From positions 1,294,931 to 1,358,930 of the forward strand of contig NW_015161404.1 in NCBI RefSeq assembly GCF_001447785.1: a stretch of DNA of 64,000 bases, given 5' to 3'. Position numbers and translations under genes: made by a program. The DNA is from Gekko japonicus (Eukaryota). Positions 50,111 to 62,889 of the stretch are shown piece by piece (positions within the stretch are counted from its first letter, which is position 1; each line of letters opens with the position of its first letter). The notes beneath the pieces are model-generated. The model ran no database searches. It saw only the letters and a program-made list of their open reading frames with translations, and was not told the origin of the DNA.

Positions 50111-51649
50111 CATTCCTTTGTTCTGTTTTGTAACATCTGTGCTAGATGGTCTTTATACTGAGATGTATATAACCCTTCCTATGTTTTCTGAAAAGCGCTA
50201 ACCATTAAAAGCCAGCCTTCATTATTGCAAAGTGATTGCTGGTCTACTAAAAGATCAGCTTCACAAACTCATTTCATTTACACCGTCCAGCCATCACTAC
50301 AGTGAAGGTGTGTACATTCTAACTGTTATAGAAACCTTATATCACCAGAATGTTTGGCTGTTGTATCCCTAAGGACTGCTCAGGAGTGTGTAGTTACTAA
50401 GTAACCAAGCATTCCAGTCTTCCAAACCTTATCCCCTTACACGTGTTCACAGAATGTACTAGTAAAGGGTGAGTGATAAATTGCAGCAAATTACCCCTCA
50501 AGGTAATGGCCGTAAATTCATGGTAATCTATCATTCCACATATTACTACAAACAGGCAAGGGCTTTAGGGCAAAGAACTATGACAAGCTAAGTGGAAGAT
50601 TTTAGATATTCAGACACCAGATGTCCCCTACCACAAATTTTTGTTCATCTTGCCATAACTTGTGTCAGACACTGCTGAATCGCTCCACAGGAAGTTGGTC
50701 AGTGGCTGAAAGGTTAAAAGCTTCAAAACACAGCATAAAGATTTCTGGGTGCATCCATCAATCCAAGTGATGGGTGTTCTCTGTGTTGCTAGCCAATCAA
50801 CAGCAAATGCAGAACAGAGAATGTAAATTATGTGGCTTAAGGGCACCTTCAGAAGTTGGCTGCCCCATCAACTATAAAGCAAACCAGGAAGCAAGGGAGG
50901 AAGTTCCTCATGGAGAAGAAGAATGTGGTTTGGACTCATCTTTCTGGCTGTTCTGTGGCAGATGTCTTGCATGCTGAACCAGTGTGCTGGTAATTACATC
51001 AGCAAATTCTTGTGAAAATCTATGATTTTCCTTCTAAGGGTTCTCTGTGATCCTTTACCAGGGCGATATTGGTTTCATTGATTCACATGAGGGACCAATA
51101 GCAATACTGTCATTCTCACAAAATGGAAGGGAGCAGAGATATCCTTGTGCAGGGTGTAGCTGTTTCAGAACTATACATCCGGACACTTACATGCCGGGAG
51201 TGAACATTCAGGCCTCACAAAAACTTCTAAAGGAAAAAAATGGAGTCAAGATTTCTGAACGAGTGTGAAGGGGAAGGACTTGTGTCATACACGCACTGCC
51301 CAGCAGGTACCCGTGGAATTAGCAGAGCCATCTTCTACATACTGATATGCAGATTCCAAAAAGGTTGCAAAGAAAATAAGCATGCAGTTGTTGAATTTTC
51401 AATACAACAATATATATCTGTCAGCACATAGGACAGCATGTATGCTTAATAAAAGTGGACAATGGTGCTGTAGGTTTACTGTCTGACTACTGAGTTTGAG
51501 GCTGGTGCCACAGTGGCCTTTTAGACTTGGATCATCATGATTAATTCACTCTTTCACAGACAATCCATATGACAGCATGATGAGCCCATCGACCCAACTT
51601 TTCAACTGAAGTCGTCATCTTCTCCAAGATCCCACTCAAGAACAGAGGC

Positions 51650-52320
51650 ATTTATTTTATTTAAAATGTTTATTAGCCACCTTTATCCCTTGCAGAACTC
51701 TAGTAAGTTTACACTATAAATAAAACAATGATTAGAAAAACACACATCAAAAATATGCATAAAACAACAATCATAAAACATATATTAAAACAATTAAAAA
51801 ACGAATGCAATAAGCACTGCCAATAAATCAAATGCAGTCCTAATAAAACTGTCTTCAACTGCCTCCTGAAGATTGACAGTGAGGGAGCCCAGGCCCACCT
51901 CCCTGTGCAGCCTGTTCCATAATTATGGAGCTGCCACCAAAAAGGCCTTCTCTCATGTGCACACCAAACGAGTTTCTTTGATTAGTGGGGCAGACAGATA
52001 GGCCTCTCCCTGTAATCTTAGTTCCCAGGCAGGAACATGGGAGAAGAAGGGCGTTCAGATACCCCAGTCCCAAACTATGTAGGGCTTTAAAGTACAAAAA
52101 CAACACCTTTAATTAGGCTTGGGAATGGATTGGTAGCCAGTGTAATCGCTGTAGTATCTGGGTCATATGTTTTTGATAGCTGGTGCCAACCAGCAGCCTA
52201 GCTACAACATTCTGCACTAGCTGCAACTTCCAAACATTCTTCAAAGGTAGCCCCAAGTAGAGTGCATGGCATTGCAATAATCCAGTCTAGATGTTACTAA
52301 GGCAAGAATGGGCACAGTTG
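51650..52320 (-). mobile_element. L2 LINE 3' fragment
   Basis: Peptide VLFLYFKALHSLGLGYL; ccaaaaaggcc..ggagctgcc corresponds to an AFLVAAP-like motif; gccccaagtagagt corresponds to a LYLGLP motif. Confidence 0.8.
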
Positions 52321-52525
52321 ATGCACCAAACTAAGTATTAAGAACTACCATCTCCTAACATGCAGCTCCCACCAAGGAAACATCCACAGCCATAAAAAAT
52401 AATAATATTATTTTGTTCGAAACCCTGACTCTCATTAGATATCACTATAACTGCACAGAATGACCCTCATGTGCTGCTCAAATAGTACCAACACAATGCT
52501 GGTCACCAACTTCAAGTATTTGCTC

Positions 52526-52811
52526 TAGGGTTGCCGGGTCTTACCGTAACCAGGCTGCTGGCGGGGGGGGGGGCTCTTCTTCCCCAGGAGTTTTTGGTAA
52601 CCATAGAGTTTTTTCTCAAATGCTTGAGTGTCCCCCTGCAATGTGCCCTGCACGATGATGTCACCTCCAGGTCATTGCGCTGAGCATGTTGGTGCAGGGG
52701 GGACTGTTCGGGGGTGGGGTTTTCTCCACTGGCCGATTAGGCGGCAGTGGATTGGGGCCTCCGAAAGCAGATAACCCCCCCACCACCCTCATCAGGGGGA
52801 TGGCAACCCTA
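52526..52811. mobile_element. hAT-type MITE (TAGGGTTGCC family)
   Basis: TIRs TAGGGTTGCC / GGCAACCCTA; core related to 7918-8305; TSD degenerate. Confidence 0.8.
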
Positions 52812-54168
52812 GTTTTCCTTATAACTCAAGCAACTATTTATTTATAAATAAATAAAATGTATCACAGAAAGGTCATATCTCCAGGGCAATACCCTAGGCA
52901 AAGGATACCAAACCCTTGTACTTCCCCTTGGGATTTTTCACCTCTTGAGGATGCTGGGAACATGAACCAATACTACTGGTAATAAATCTAGTAAATACGT
53001 TTAAAATAGATATTTGCATTAAATATCAACGTTTGTACGTATAATAACAGAGGCCTGTAGGGCAGCTGTGCATCAATCTCCTAGTGTTTTGTTCCATATA
53101 GAATTGCATGTTTAATTCAGGTTGGCAAAGGACAAACTCTCTACATCTGTCAGGGATAGTGACTGTTCTAAACAGATTGCTCATTATTTGGTGTGAAACA
53201 CAGTTCCCAAGTCCTAATTGAAGTATTAATAATGAAAATAAATTGTGTGCATCCTGATTCCTGTGGCTGGGTTTGATTCTGACTTCTTCCCTTCACTGAT
53301 GGAATGGCAGAGCAGAAGCAGTCAGATAGGTTGTTTATGTATCATGGCGGAAGCTTGATGCATTTTGAGGAAAGGAACAAAGCTTTCCCCCCTCGCTAAT
53401 AACCTGAACTTTTAATGCCCTTCCTATCTCTAAGGTGTCTGAGAGAGAGAAGAAGAAGATGTTCATAACTAATGTCAGATGTACTCAATTATCAAACACA
53501 CTAATCGACAAAATGTTTTTGATCTGAACCATGATCCAAAGAAAAGGATTAGGTCTAATGATATTCAGTGGAAAAGCTATTCGAATGGACGCTTCTTACA
53601 CAAAATAGATGAAATGTTAGGTGTATTATCAGATATTCTAGTTGAAATTATGTGGTTGTATGTGTCACTCAGGCTTGCTCTGGTTGTCTCTGACAGCATG
53701 TTTTAGTCTCTTCCCAGCTGTCACAGAGACAGAAAGGAACTGAATTATTTTCATCTTTGCTTCCTTTCACCACAGATTTCAGGGTATTTTTACATTTATG
53801 GCTTTTCAGGTATAGCAGTTTGTAGTAAGAGCCCTCTATACACACCCACTAAACCCTCAACCAGAATTCAATTAAAATATTTTGGAATCCTTCTTTCAAC
53901 AATACATATTGTTTCCCAACACCCATTCTCTCAAGGCTGAAACCAGTGGAACAAGGTCCTCTCCTCTTCATGTTATGAATGTGAGTTGAATAGACCTTTG
54001 CAATGTTAAGTGCAGTCTGTGTGCACTAGACATTATACAACCACCATACAACTCACCCTGGGTAGCTTGTATTTGTGATGGTGAATACTTGTGGAGCTGC
54101 AAGTTGGGTGAATTGTAAAGTAATCATACAGCTGATTCAAAGTGTGCTGAACAAGGCATAGATACATC

Positions 54169-54530
54169 CAGGGCTCTTTTTGTAGAAAAAGCCCAGCAGG
54201 AACCCATTAGCATAATACGCCACACCCAACAGCAGGAACTCATTAGCATATTGGGCCACACCCCTGACAGCACAGCTCGTTAGCACATTAGGCCACACCC
54301 CCATGTTACCAGAAGTGTGGTTATCCAGCCACACCCACCTTTTGCTTGTTATTCTGTTTACCTTGTTTGTTGTCAAAACACAGTGCCTTTTTTGTAGCAG
54401 GAACTCCTTTGCATGTTAGGCCACATACCCCTAAGGTAGCCAATCCTAATGAGTTCCTGATGTTGCCGTGGCCAACTTGGGAGCCAGCCGGAACGCCATT
54501 CCTGTGCGTTCCTGCCCAAAAATAGCCCTG
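54169..54530 (-). mobile_element. hAT-type MITE (CAGGGCT family)
   Basis: TIRs CAGGGCTCTTTTTG / CAAAAATAGCCCTG; perfect TSD GATACATC. Confidence 0.93.
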
Positions 54531-54597
54531 GATACATCAAACTATATTCAAAATTTGCCACTTTAGTAATATGCATTGCCCTTGACTTTCTTCAGGT

Positions 54598-54818
54598 CAC
54601 ATGAACTTGGGTCAATAGGACTGTTCTCTCAAGTTCAGAGTGGTCTACTCTGATTGGCAGCTGTTGTCTCAAGTAGAGGTTTTGAACATCACCTACTACG
54701 TGATCTTTTAACTAGAGATACCAAGGCATGGTCATTTAAGTAGAGATACCAAGGTTTGTGCCTAGGGAATTCTGCTTATAACAAACATGCTACACCACTG
54801 AGACACAGCTGCTCCCCT
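54598..54818 (-). mobile_element. Degenerate tRNA(Ala-like)-derived SINE
   Basis: tctactctgattggcagc..., accactgagacacagc; family of 28500. Confidence 0.55.
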
Positions 54819-55375
54819 TGAGATCTGCCCAACTCACTCATTTTACTCTTGCCAGTCAGCCAAAGACCATAACCATTATCAAATAATATAACAAGGGTAC
54901 AGCTATGCAGAATAAAGGAACTGCTCATATAAAATCAAGGTCCAAAAGTAGAAGAAATCTTCTATGGAATTCAAATGCATAGAAATATTATATGTATTTC
55001 AAAAGAGTCTGATAAAAAGACCTACTTTAGCAACCCCCTTTCTCCCATGAAAACGTTCAAACCAATAGGCCAGAAATATGATCATCCATCAGTTCAAACA
55101 CATAGCAGGATCCTATACATCCTCTATTTGCTTAAGTTATATATTTGTTATTTATTTTATGTAATTTGATTTTCACCAAGTTTTGAAGCACAATAGAGGA
55201 AATAAAATAGATATAAAAAATAAAATAAGCCAGTATCCAGAAGCATTGTTTGGCAAGTGGCCAAAAGAAGATGGGAGAGGGTGATATCATATGAATATGA
55301 AATACCAAAAACATAAGTATGTCCAATTTGCTTAAAGTGTCATAATTTGTGGACATAACTGAATTGGTTCTTAAG

Positions 55376-55675
55376 TAGGGCTGCCAAATCCCCCCGCTTT
55401 GGAGGTCCGATTTCCGCCCCCGCGGAATCGGCCCCCAGGGGAAACCCCACCCCAGCGTCCACATGACCTGGACGTGACGTCATGATGCCGGGCACGCTGG
55501 GGGCGGGGCCACAGCCATTTGAGGGGGAAACAGAGTTTTCCCCTCAAATGGCTGTGGCCACACCCCTAGCATGCCCGGCGTCATGACGTCACATCCAGGT
55601 CACGTGCATGCGGCGCACTCGGGATCGCCAGCCAGGAGCCCCCCGCCGGCAGGTAAATTTCATTTGGCAACCCTA
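55376..55675. mobile_element. hAT-type MITE (TAGGG(T/C)TGCCA family) with long internal hairpin
   Basis: TIRs TAGGGCTGCCAAAT / ATTTGGCAACCCTA; perfect TSD TTCTTAAG; inverted repeat 55465-55601. Confidence 0.93.
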
Positions 55676-56489
55676 TTCTTAAGTGCCTATTGCCCACATG
55701 CTTGTGTAGACCTAGATTGCAGGGTGGCTAATGATGGATATTCCATTCACAACTGAAATATTATTCAATGTAGGTAGAATTAGGTAACAAGTTGCAACAA
55801 GTTGACTTGCAATTAATGATTAAAAACGGATAGACTGAACAATACTGCACGCTCATTTTTGTCCTCCCTCCCATGCCCTCCCACCTCCTAAGGCAAACTG
55901 TCTACTTTAAACAGGACCTCAAAATATCAGATGTCCTTAGATTTTCAGCCCTCTGCTCTTACATGTCACTGCTGACATTCAATTGGGGAAGAAGGAAGCA
56001 AGCAAGAATGGGACAACAGAGAAAGGTTTTAGAACAGGGCAAATGAGTAAGAACTCAGTCAGTAAGAGGTTAATCGACAAAGGACAAGAGCTCTAAAAGT
56101 GGCTTAAAAACAAAATCTTCATAAGGTCATTGTTCGTAATGGTAATAATTCTTCTTATTGGTAAAAAACCCTAATATCTAGATACTATACAAAAATATGT
56201 CAAGAAAGTACAAGCCACACCCATAGGCCTTCAGTGTGAAAGGGAAGCATGAAGTTGAAAAGATAGTTACTTGTTTTCTGTTTCTTTTTCTGATGAGTGC
56301 AAGTATTTGCAAATTTTTTACCTTCATTAAAGTTTGCGTTAAAATTTGGTCCTCCCTCAAGAGCTAGATGAAATTGCCTGGGGGGGCACCAGATGCAGCC
56401 CATGCACTATCACTGCTTAAGGTGCATCATAAAAAATTGGCTGAGGGGAAGGGGACTCTGACCTCACCCCTTGTTTGCTTGTCCAAAAG

Positions 56490-56792
56490 TAAGGTTGCCA
56501 GGTTGTATCTTCTGCCCAGCAGGGAGATTGGAGGGTATTCCAGGAAGGAGTGGGGCTGTTCCCAATGTGAGGACATCATATGGGATGACATCATCACATC
56601 GTGGATGCAGCGCCGCACAAACACACACACACTTCCCCCCAACCATTAAAAGGGAACCTTCCCTTTAAATGGTTGGGGAAAGAGCAGGTGCCATGGGTGC
56701 CTGCCCTGCAAGCCGCAAAACCTGGCTGGCATCTGGGGGGAGCCCCAAAAATTGGGAGATCTCCTCCCCCCACCTGGGGACTGGCATCCCTA
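56490..56792. mobile_element. hAT-type MITE (TAGGGTTGCCA family)
   Basis: TAAGGTTGCCAG / CTGGCATCCCTA termini; perfect TSD TCCAAAAG. Confidence 0.9.
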
Positions 56793-59700
56793 TCCAAAAG
56801 GAACAACCTGTCTAGGCCTATATGTTTTGTTGTTGTTTGCAAAGAGTTTCTTTCCAGTGCACATTAAATTATTCAAAAGCATAGGATATTGCAAGTCTTT
56901 CTCCAGTACTTCATTGGTAAACATAAAAGTGCACAGAACGTTAAAACTAAATCTTTACTTTCCAATTGCCTAGTGTTTTCAATGCATAACAATTGCCTAT
57001 TATCCATTTCTGCTCATCCATAAGAATGGCACAAACATATAACATCATTTTCTTTTCCCAGATGTGGTAACAATTATACAGATGGGGGTGTTGGCATGTA
57101 GGGACACACCCAGCTACGCTGTTTCCTATTGCCTGGTCCGAGGAAGCTGGTAGTGCTCCAGGCATGTGATCACCACTTCCGGCAGTTTCTGATTACTCAT
57201 AAGAGAGATGCAGGTACATACCACATTGTTTTTTACAGTCTCACTAAATTTTGCCTAATGAAACATCCAAAGAATTTCAGGGTAGGCTAAATTCATTTTA
57301 TAAAGGAAGCAACATTTATCGAAGAAGTTCCACACATGCCTATATCTGTACACTTGAATGATCTTAAGATGCATGATGGACACAAAGATGTCTCTCTGTA
57401 AGGGCCACTTCATATTAATTTTTCAGTTCTGTTATCTTGCCCTTCGGGCTGAAGCAGTCTTACATCTTGCTTTTGAGTGTTGTCCTTGAGAAAGATCTTT
57501 CTCCTGTGTGTTCATGTGTGTGTGTGTGTTTTAGCTTTCCAACTCATTCTCTGATCTAGTGACCTGTGGCTTTCCCATTCGCACATCTTTTTTATTCGTT
57601 CTTGGAAAAGTGCAGTTGATTTTGGCTTATCCAACCACATGTCCCAGCATGTATTAATTCTTCATCCTCTACTCACTGTGTACAATCACAATGTTTGTAA
57701 CCAGTGGGAGAATTTTAGGGAAGACACAGGATACTGATAATGTTTGAGACTGTCTTGCAGAAAACTAAAACTCACAAATGGCAGGACATGGGAAATTCTG
57801 AAATATTTGGAAGGGGCAAAAAAGATCTCTTTCAGTCCATCACTGAAATGACATTGGGGCGAGCAGATGTTCCAGTGATTCATGATCAAAATGTGTTGCA
57901 CTGTGCACATTTTCAAAAGGATATATTTTGAAATTCTCCCTCCCCCACCAACCCTAAATTCATGGATAACACTAGTGACATAAAATTCTTCTGGCTTGCA
58001 TGAATAAATCAGAAAATGTGATCTGATCTCAGTGTTGGAAGCAGATGGCAAGCCCAGCTGACGGTGACAGTAGCAGTAAGTGTAAATAGGCAGTAACAGT
58101 AGGGAGAATGGAGGAATTTCGAGGAGTGCCATTGAGTCAGTAAGGGAGCAGGTTTTTATTTGGAAATGTGCAGGGGGGGAAATAATGAAAAATGGTGGGG
58201 GAAGGCTGCAGTACTACAAAATGTTCATCTTTGCTTCCCTGAGGAAGAAAAAGTACATGTTTATCATCTGAGTGTTAAACAGATCAGAGAGAAAAAGACC
58301 ATCAACACATTAAACTGTGATTGACCCCAGAGAGCCTGGCCTAGGAAACTGGCAAACTGGATACCTCAAGACCCCTGAAATATTAAAACACACACACACA
58401 AATCCATTCTCTTAGCTTTGGGTAATGCAAAGGTAAAAGCTCAGTGTACGAACTTGGACTCCCTTTTTTCATTATTCTATTCCACCCTTCTTTGGCAAGC
58501 TCAGAGCAGCAGGCATGAGGCTTTTTACAGTTTCCATCAAGGCACTGACCTGGGTAGCTTTCACAATGAATCCTCTGATACATACTTCCAACAGTTGGAA
58601 GTGATACACCTGCATTCTTGTACTAAGGTGTCATATGGTTCTTCAGAAGACGAGAAATTAATTACAGTATGCATTTTTATAACATCCCTTTAGAATCCTT
58701 CCATCTAGCCTTTCTTCATTTCCACCTGTCTGACTGCCACTAAAGAGTTAAATGATAGCTCAGAAATCACAAAAGACTCACTGCATCTTTTCTCTTCCTT
58801 AAAAAAAAAAGCATACATCAAAGTAAAAATCTGACATGTGGTGCCCTGAAGCACTCTCCTGCATGCTTTTAGGTTTTGGAAATTTCATTTTCTACCTTAT
58901 GATGATTACATGAGAGAGGATGAAATGCTTGCTTTGAGGTTCGCTTTAGACAGGGATGTAATAAATGTTGTGGCTTTCCACTGCAGTGGAACTAGTTCTT
59001 TGTAGCAGGCAGGGTGTGTGTGTATATGTGGCTTAATTTGTATTCAAGTATCTCGATGTGGGTGGGAAGGTAGCATGTAAAGTGGGGGGAGGGGAAACGA
59101 AGGGCTTGATATCTCGACAAATAAACTATTGATGCTAATATGAATATGGTCCCTTCTAAGTGAAAATGAGTTTCCTGGTCTCAGTCCCTACTGAATGGTA
59201 GTCCACAAAAAAAAAAAAAAACCCATCATAAATAATTCACTTCAGGTTGACACAGTTTACAGCTTCTCCTCCACAAAGGCCCAGGAGCGAGCCAGCATGG
59301 AGAGTGAATTATCTCTTGCCCCTGAACAAGAAGTCAGTTCCTCTGGGGGGGGGAAAGACAAGATGGAGATCATTTTAATCATGCCATACTGTGCAGAATT
59401 ACATGTTTGTTTTTCAGTCTTTGAGGCCCTGTGCTATTCCCTCAGGACTGGATAGAAGCTGGGGGGGGGACTCCTTTTTTCGGCAACTGTAGTAAGGCAA
59501 GGAGAATGAGTAACTTCTTGGACCCTTGATGCTTTATTCACAGAGCTTATTTAAAAGATGAAGCGGGGGGTGGGGTGGGGGAGCAAGAGAATTACTGAGT
59601 GAGTAAAGCCCATGGTACAGAGAGGAGAACTGTGAGGGAAACATTCAGTTCATTTCTGAGTAGCATAAGTGTAGGATTTTACTAGACTGGCCTGTTTGGG

Positions 59701-60221
59701 CGAGCAAAACCCACAATGTTGTGAGCCTCAGTTTGTTTTGCTAAATATATTCAATAGTCTTCCAGTGTATCTGGCATGATGTATGCCCTGTTCTTTGATG
59801 GCATGCATACACTACAGTCTTGAACTGTAACTGTAGTTTTGTGAATGGAGTGAGGAGGTATTTCTAAATGGAGAATTCTCAGCTTCTGAAATAAACTACC
59901 TCTCTCAGGATTCTTTGAGAGAAGTTATGACAGGAGTCCCCAATCTTTTTGAGTTGGCAGGCACCTTTGGAAGTCTGACACCGCATGGTGGGTGCAGCCA
60001 CAAAATGGCTGCTGCAGGAAGTGGAGCCTGCCATACAATGGCTACCACAGCTTACTTTCAGTCACACAGTAAAGATCCTTGTGCTGTGGAAGCAGCTGCT
60101 CCCAAAGCCACAGTTTTAAAAATATACACAGCCAATCAAACCTCCAGTGGCTAATATGTAAACTTGGTGGGCAGAAGCTCAGAAACTCCACCTGCCCCTG
60201 CCCACTTTCTGAAAACGCTGT

Positions 60222-61421
60222 GGCTGCAGTCAGATGACAGGCTTGGCACAGTCTGGCCGTGCCTCCATTTTATCTGGTGTTATTTGTTCCGGAGAGGTTT
60301 GTCCAAACACGCCACCCTTAACCCACTTCACAGTGTGCTCACTCTGTGGTTGACTGTTCAGATTATTGCTGCGTGATAACCATGGAGTGGGTAGTCAGGC
60401 AGCATCCTTTTTTAAAAAATATGTCTTTCATGCATGCACAGAAACACTCATTCGAAGCACCACTCCATTTTGCCAGTTCCATGATTCCTACACCAAGTAC
60501 TGCGGCCCCTCTCAGCATTCTCCACTTTGCCTCTCTTCCATAGAATGCATGGAGAATGTGCAGATTTACAGAAGAGTAGCCCTTTTGACTTCAGTACATT
60601 TACTCTTTTGTCAATCACAGGATGCTCTCAAACAGCAACTCTGAAGCAGAAAACCTTTCTGCTAACACAGTTTGCATGGGGGAATGTGGGATGGAGAGTA
60701 TGGTTGCATGGCTTTCCAACCCCAAGAAATAGGAGAGAGTGTTGGGGGGAGGGATTTGTTGCTCAAAAACAACTCCCTTGGGGGCTTCTGAACAGGGCCG
60801 GCTCACTCACTAGGCGAACTAGGAATTCGCCTAGAGCGCCGGACCCTGGATGGGGTGCCGAGCTGTGCCTCCCCCCTCCTCCCCCCCTTTGGTGGTGGCA
60901 GGGGTGGGGGGGAGAGGTGGTGGTGGTGGCAGCAAAAGGGTGGCTGGCTCCAGAGGTCTCCAGGTCTCCAGGCCCCACCGGGAGGTTGGCATCTGCACCA
61001 CAAGACAGCCTTGCCTAGGGCGCAGAAACACCTCGAGCTGGCCCTGCTTCTGAACCTGACAGAATGTTTGGGTGCAGAAATGCACAAGCGGTGATTCACA
61101 ACCCTGGGGCAAAAAGTCGCTTATGCACACATCGCTGACTGAATTTTTAAAACTGCGCACAGCCAGAATTGTGCGATCTTACTTTCCAAACAGCTTGAGA
61201 GCATGATGGATTCATCAGACATCTGAAAGTGTGGGGTGAAAACACTGACATCCATAAAGACCAGACTTTCCCCGGTTTCAAATAACTCCGGCTCAAAGAT
61301 GGGTGAGAAGAGGTGCCAACGACCGGGAGTGGGAGACAGATGTCTTCTGTCTGAACCTGCATTTTAAATCTGCAGGGCAACAGCAGCGACATGAGATCAA
61401 GCAGCTCATCTGATCATAGCC
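60222..61421. mobile_element. Putative non-autonomous Harbinger-like element
   Basis: Imperfect TIRs GGCTGCAGTCAGATGA / TCATCTGATCATAGCC that interrupt the outer MITE. Confidence 0.5.
60793..61046. mobile_element. hAT-type MITE (CAGGGCCGGCTC TIR)
   Basis: TIRs CAGGGCCGGCTC / GAGCTGGCCCTG; perfect TSD CTTCTGAA. Confidence 0.92.
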
Positions 61422-61718
61422 TTAGTGGGCACTAGGGGAGATGTCAGTGCGCACCATGGTGCCCATGGGCACCATATTGAGGACCCCTGAGCTATAATAA
61501 TATAAATGTGTAGTTCTGAGCACAGTGAATGATAACCTGGTTCATCAAAGTATGCTTTTCCCAGTTTTGTAGGCTAATTTACTAGGATTCCAAAAATGGT
61601 TCCACCAAACCGGTGGGCAGTATGATACAATTTGTGAGAGAACAGTAGTAACATAAGTTTCCCAGATAATTGACTCTAGATAACGGGGTTTTGCATATAG
61701 GCATAACATAACTACAGT

Positions 61719-61924
61719 CAGTGTTCCCTCTAAGCTGAGTTAGTGTGAGCTAGCTCACTGTTTTTTAGCCTCCAGCTCACACATTTTTGTCTCAGCTCAG
61801 GAAGGAGGGCTCCAGAGCAAACTAATTTAAGCAGTATCCAAATCACTCGCTCACAACTTTAATGCTAGTGGCTCACCAAGTAGAATTTTTGCTCACAGGA
61901 CTCCACAGCTTAGAGGGAACGTTG
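61719..61924 (+). mobile_element. hAT-type MITE (CAGTGTTCCCTCTAAGCTG TIR)
   Basis: 19-bp TIRs; perfect TSD ACTACAGT. Confidence 0.93.
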
Positions 61925-62889
61925 ACTACAGTCATGCCTGATTCTTGCTTTTGTTTGCTCTCCTTGGCAAAATTGATTCAAGACTGGACTTTCTTTCCCA
62001 GGCTTCTTCCACACAGAGACTGCTCTTCTCTTTGGCTTCCAAACTAGAGAACATTTTTTGGGTGCATCCCCATGAAGCCATGCTCTAATGATCCTTTTCT
62101 TGTCTTCAATGCACTGTTTCTTAAATCTGCTTTTCTCCAATCTTTTTGGGAAGAGCTCGGTCCAAGGATGTTATCACACCATCTGGATGAGAAGGTGCAT
62201 TTTTTCAGTTGTCCCACCAATGCCACCATTTCCCTTCTGCCAGCCACTTGTAGTCGCCATTTTCCCTGCTGTGCCACCAGAGGGTTTTTTAAAAAATTCT
62301 ATAATGTATAGTAATTACCAATTTTTTTAAATCATCAAAAGGCTGTTTTTGGGCATGGCAGGGGGAAACTGCAGGGAAAACAATGGCCATGAGTAGCTGA
62401 TAGGAAAAATGTGTACAGAAAACTCTTGTGTGGAAACTCCATTGCCAATGCACAAGCCTCTACATTTGCAGCAATGATGAAAACAACACGGAGAGTCCTT
62501 GACATGTGGAAGCAGCCTGAGTGGTGTCCTCTTTCACATGAATGGCATTTAAGAAATCTGGAAAGCCAAGGTCTGCATTTGCAAGCTGAGAGCCATGCAT
62601 TGCATTACAATACTGCTAATACCTACACTCTGTAAGGTCAGATGAGGAAAGGATGATATTGGAAAAGTGGAATCTCTCTTTATTTGCAAGGTGTGTGTGA
62701 TCGATTATTTAGCCAGGGAAATTTAATCTTGAAATAAGCATTTTTACCAAGCTGTCTGGAAGTGGAAGATTTAATGTAGAGTGAGAATTTAGACCTATAA
62801 AAAGTCAAGCCATGAAGCAAAGTCAGCTTTAGGGGAAGACTTTGCCTTCTAGCAAAATGATCCTGTATTTGTATGGTCCTCTGTCTATG

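Larger units (their letters stand above)
59931..61489. mobile_element. hAT (Charlie/Buster-like) MITE split by a ~1.2-kb insertion
   Basis: TIRs CAGGAGTCCCCAA / TTGAGGACCCCTG; TSD AGTTATGA/AGCTATAA (6/8, central TA). Confidence 0.7.
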
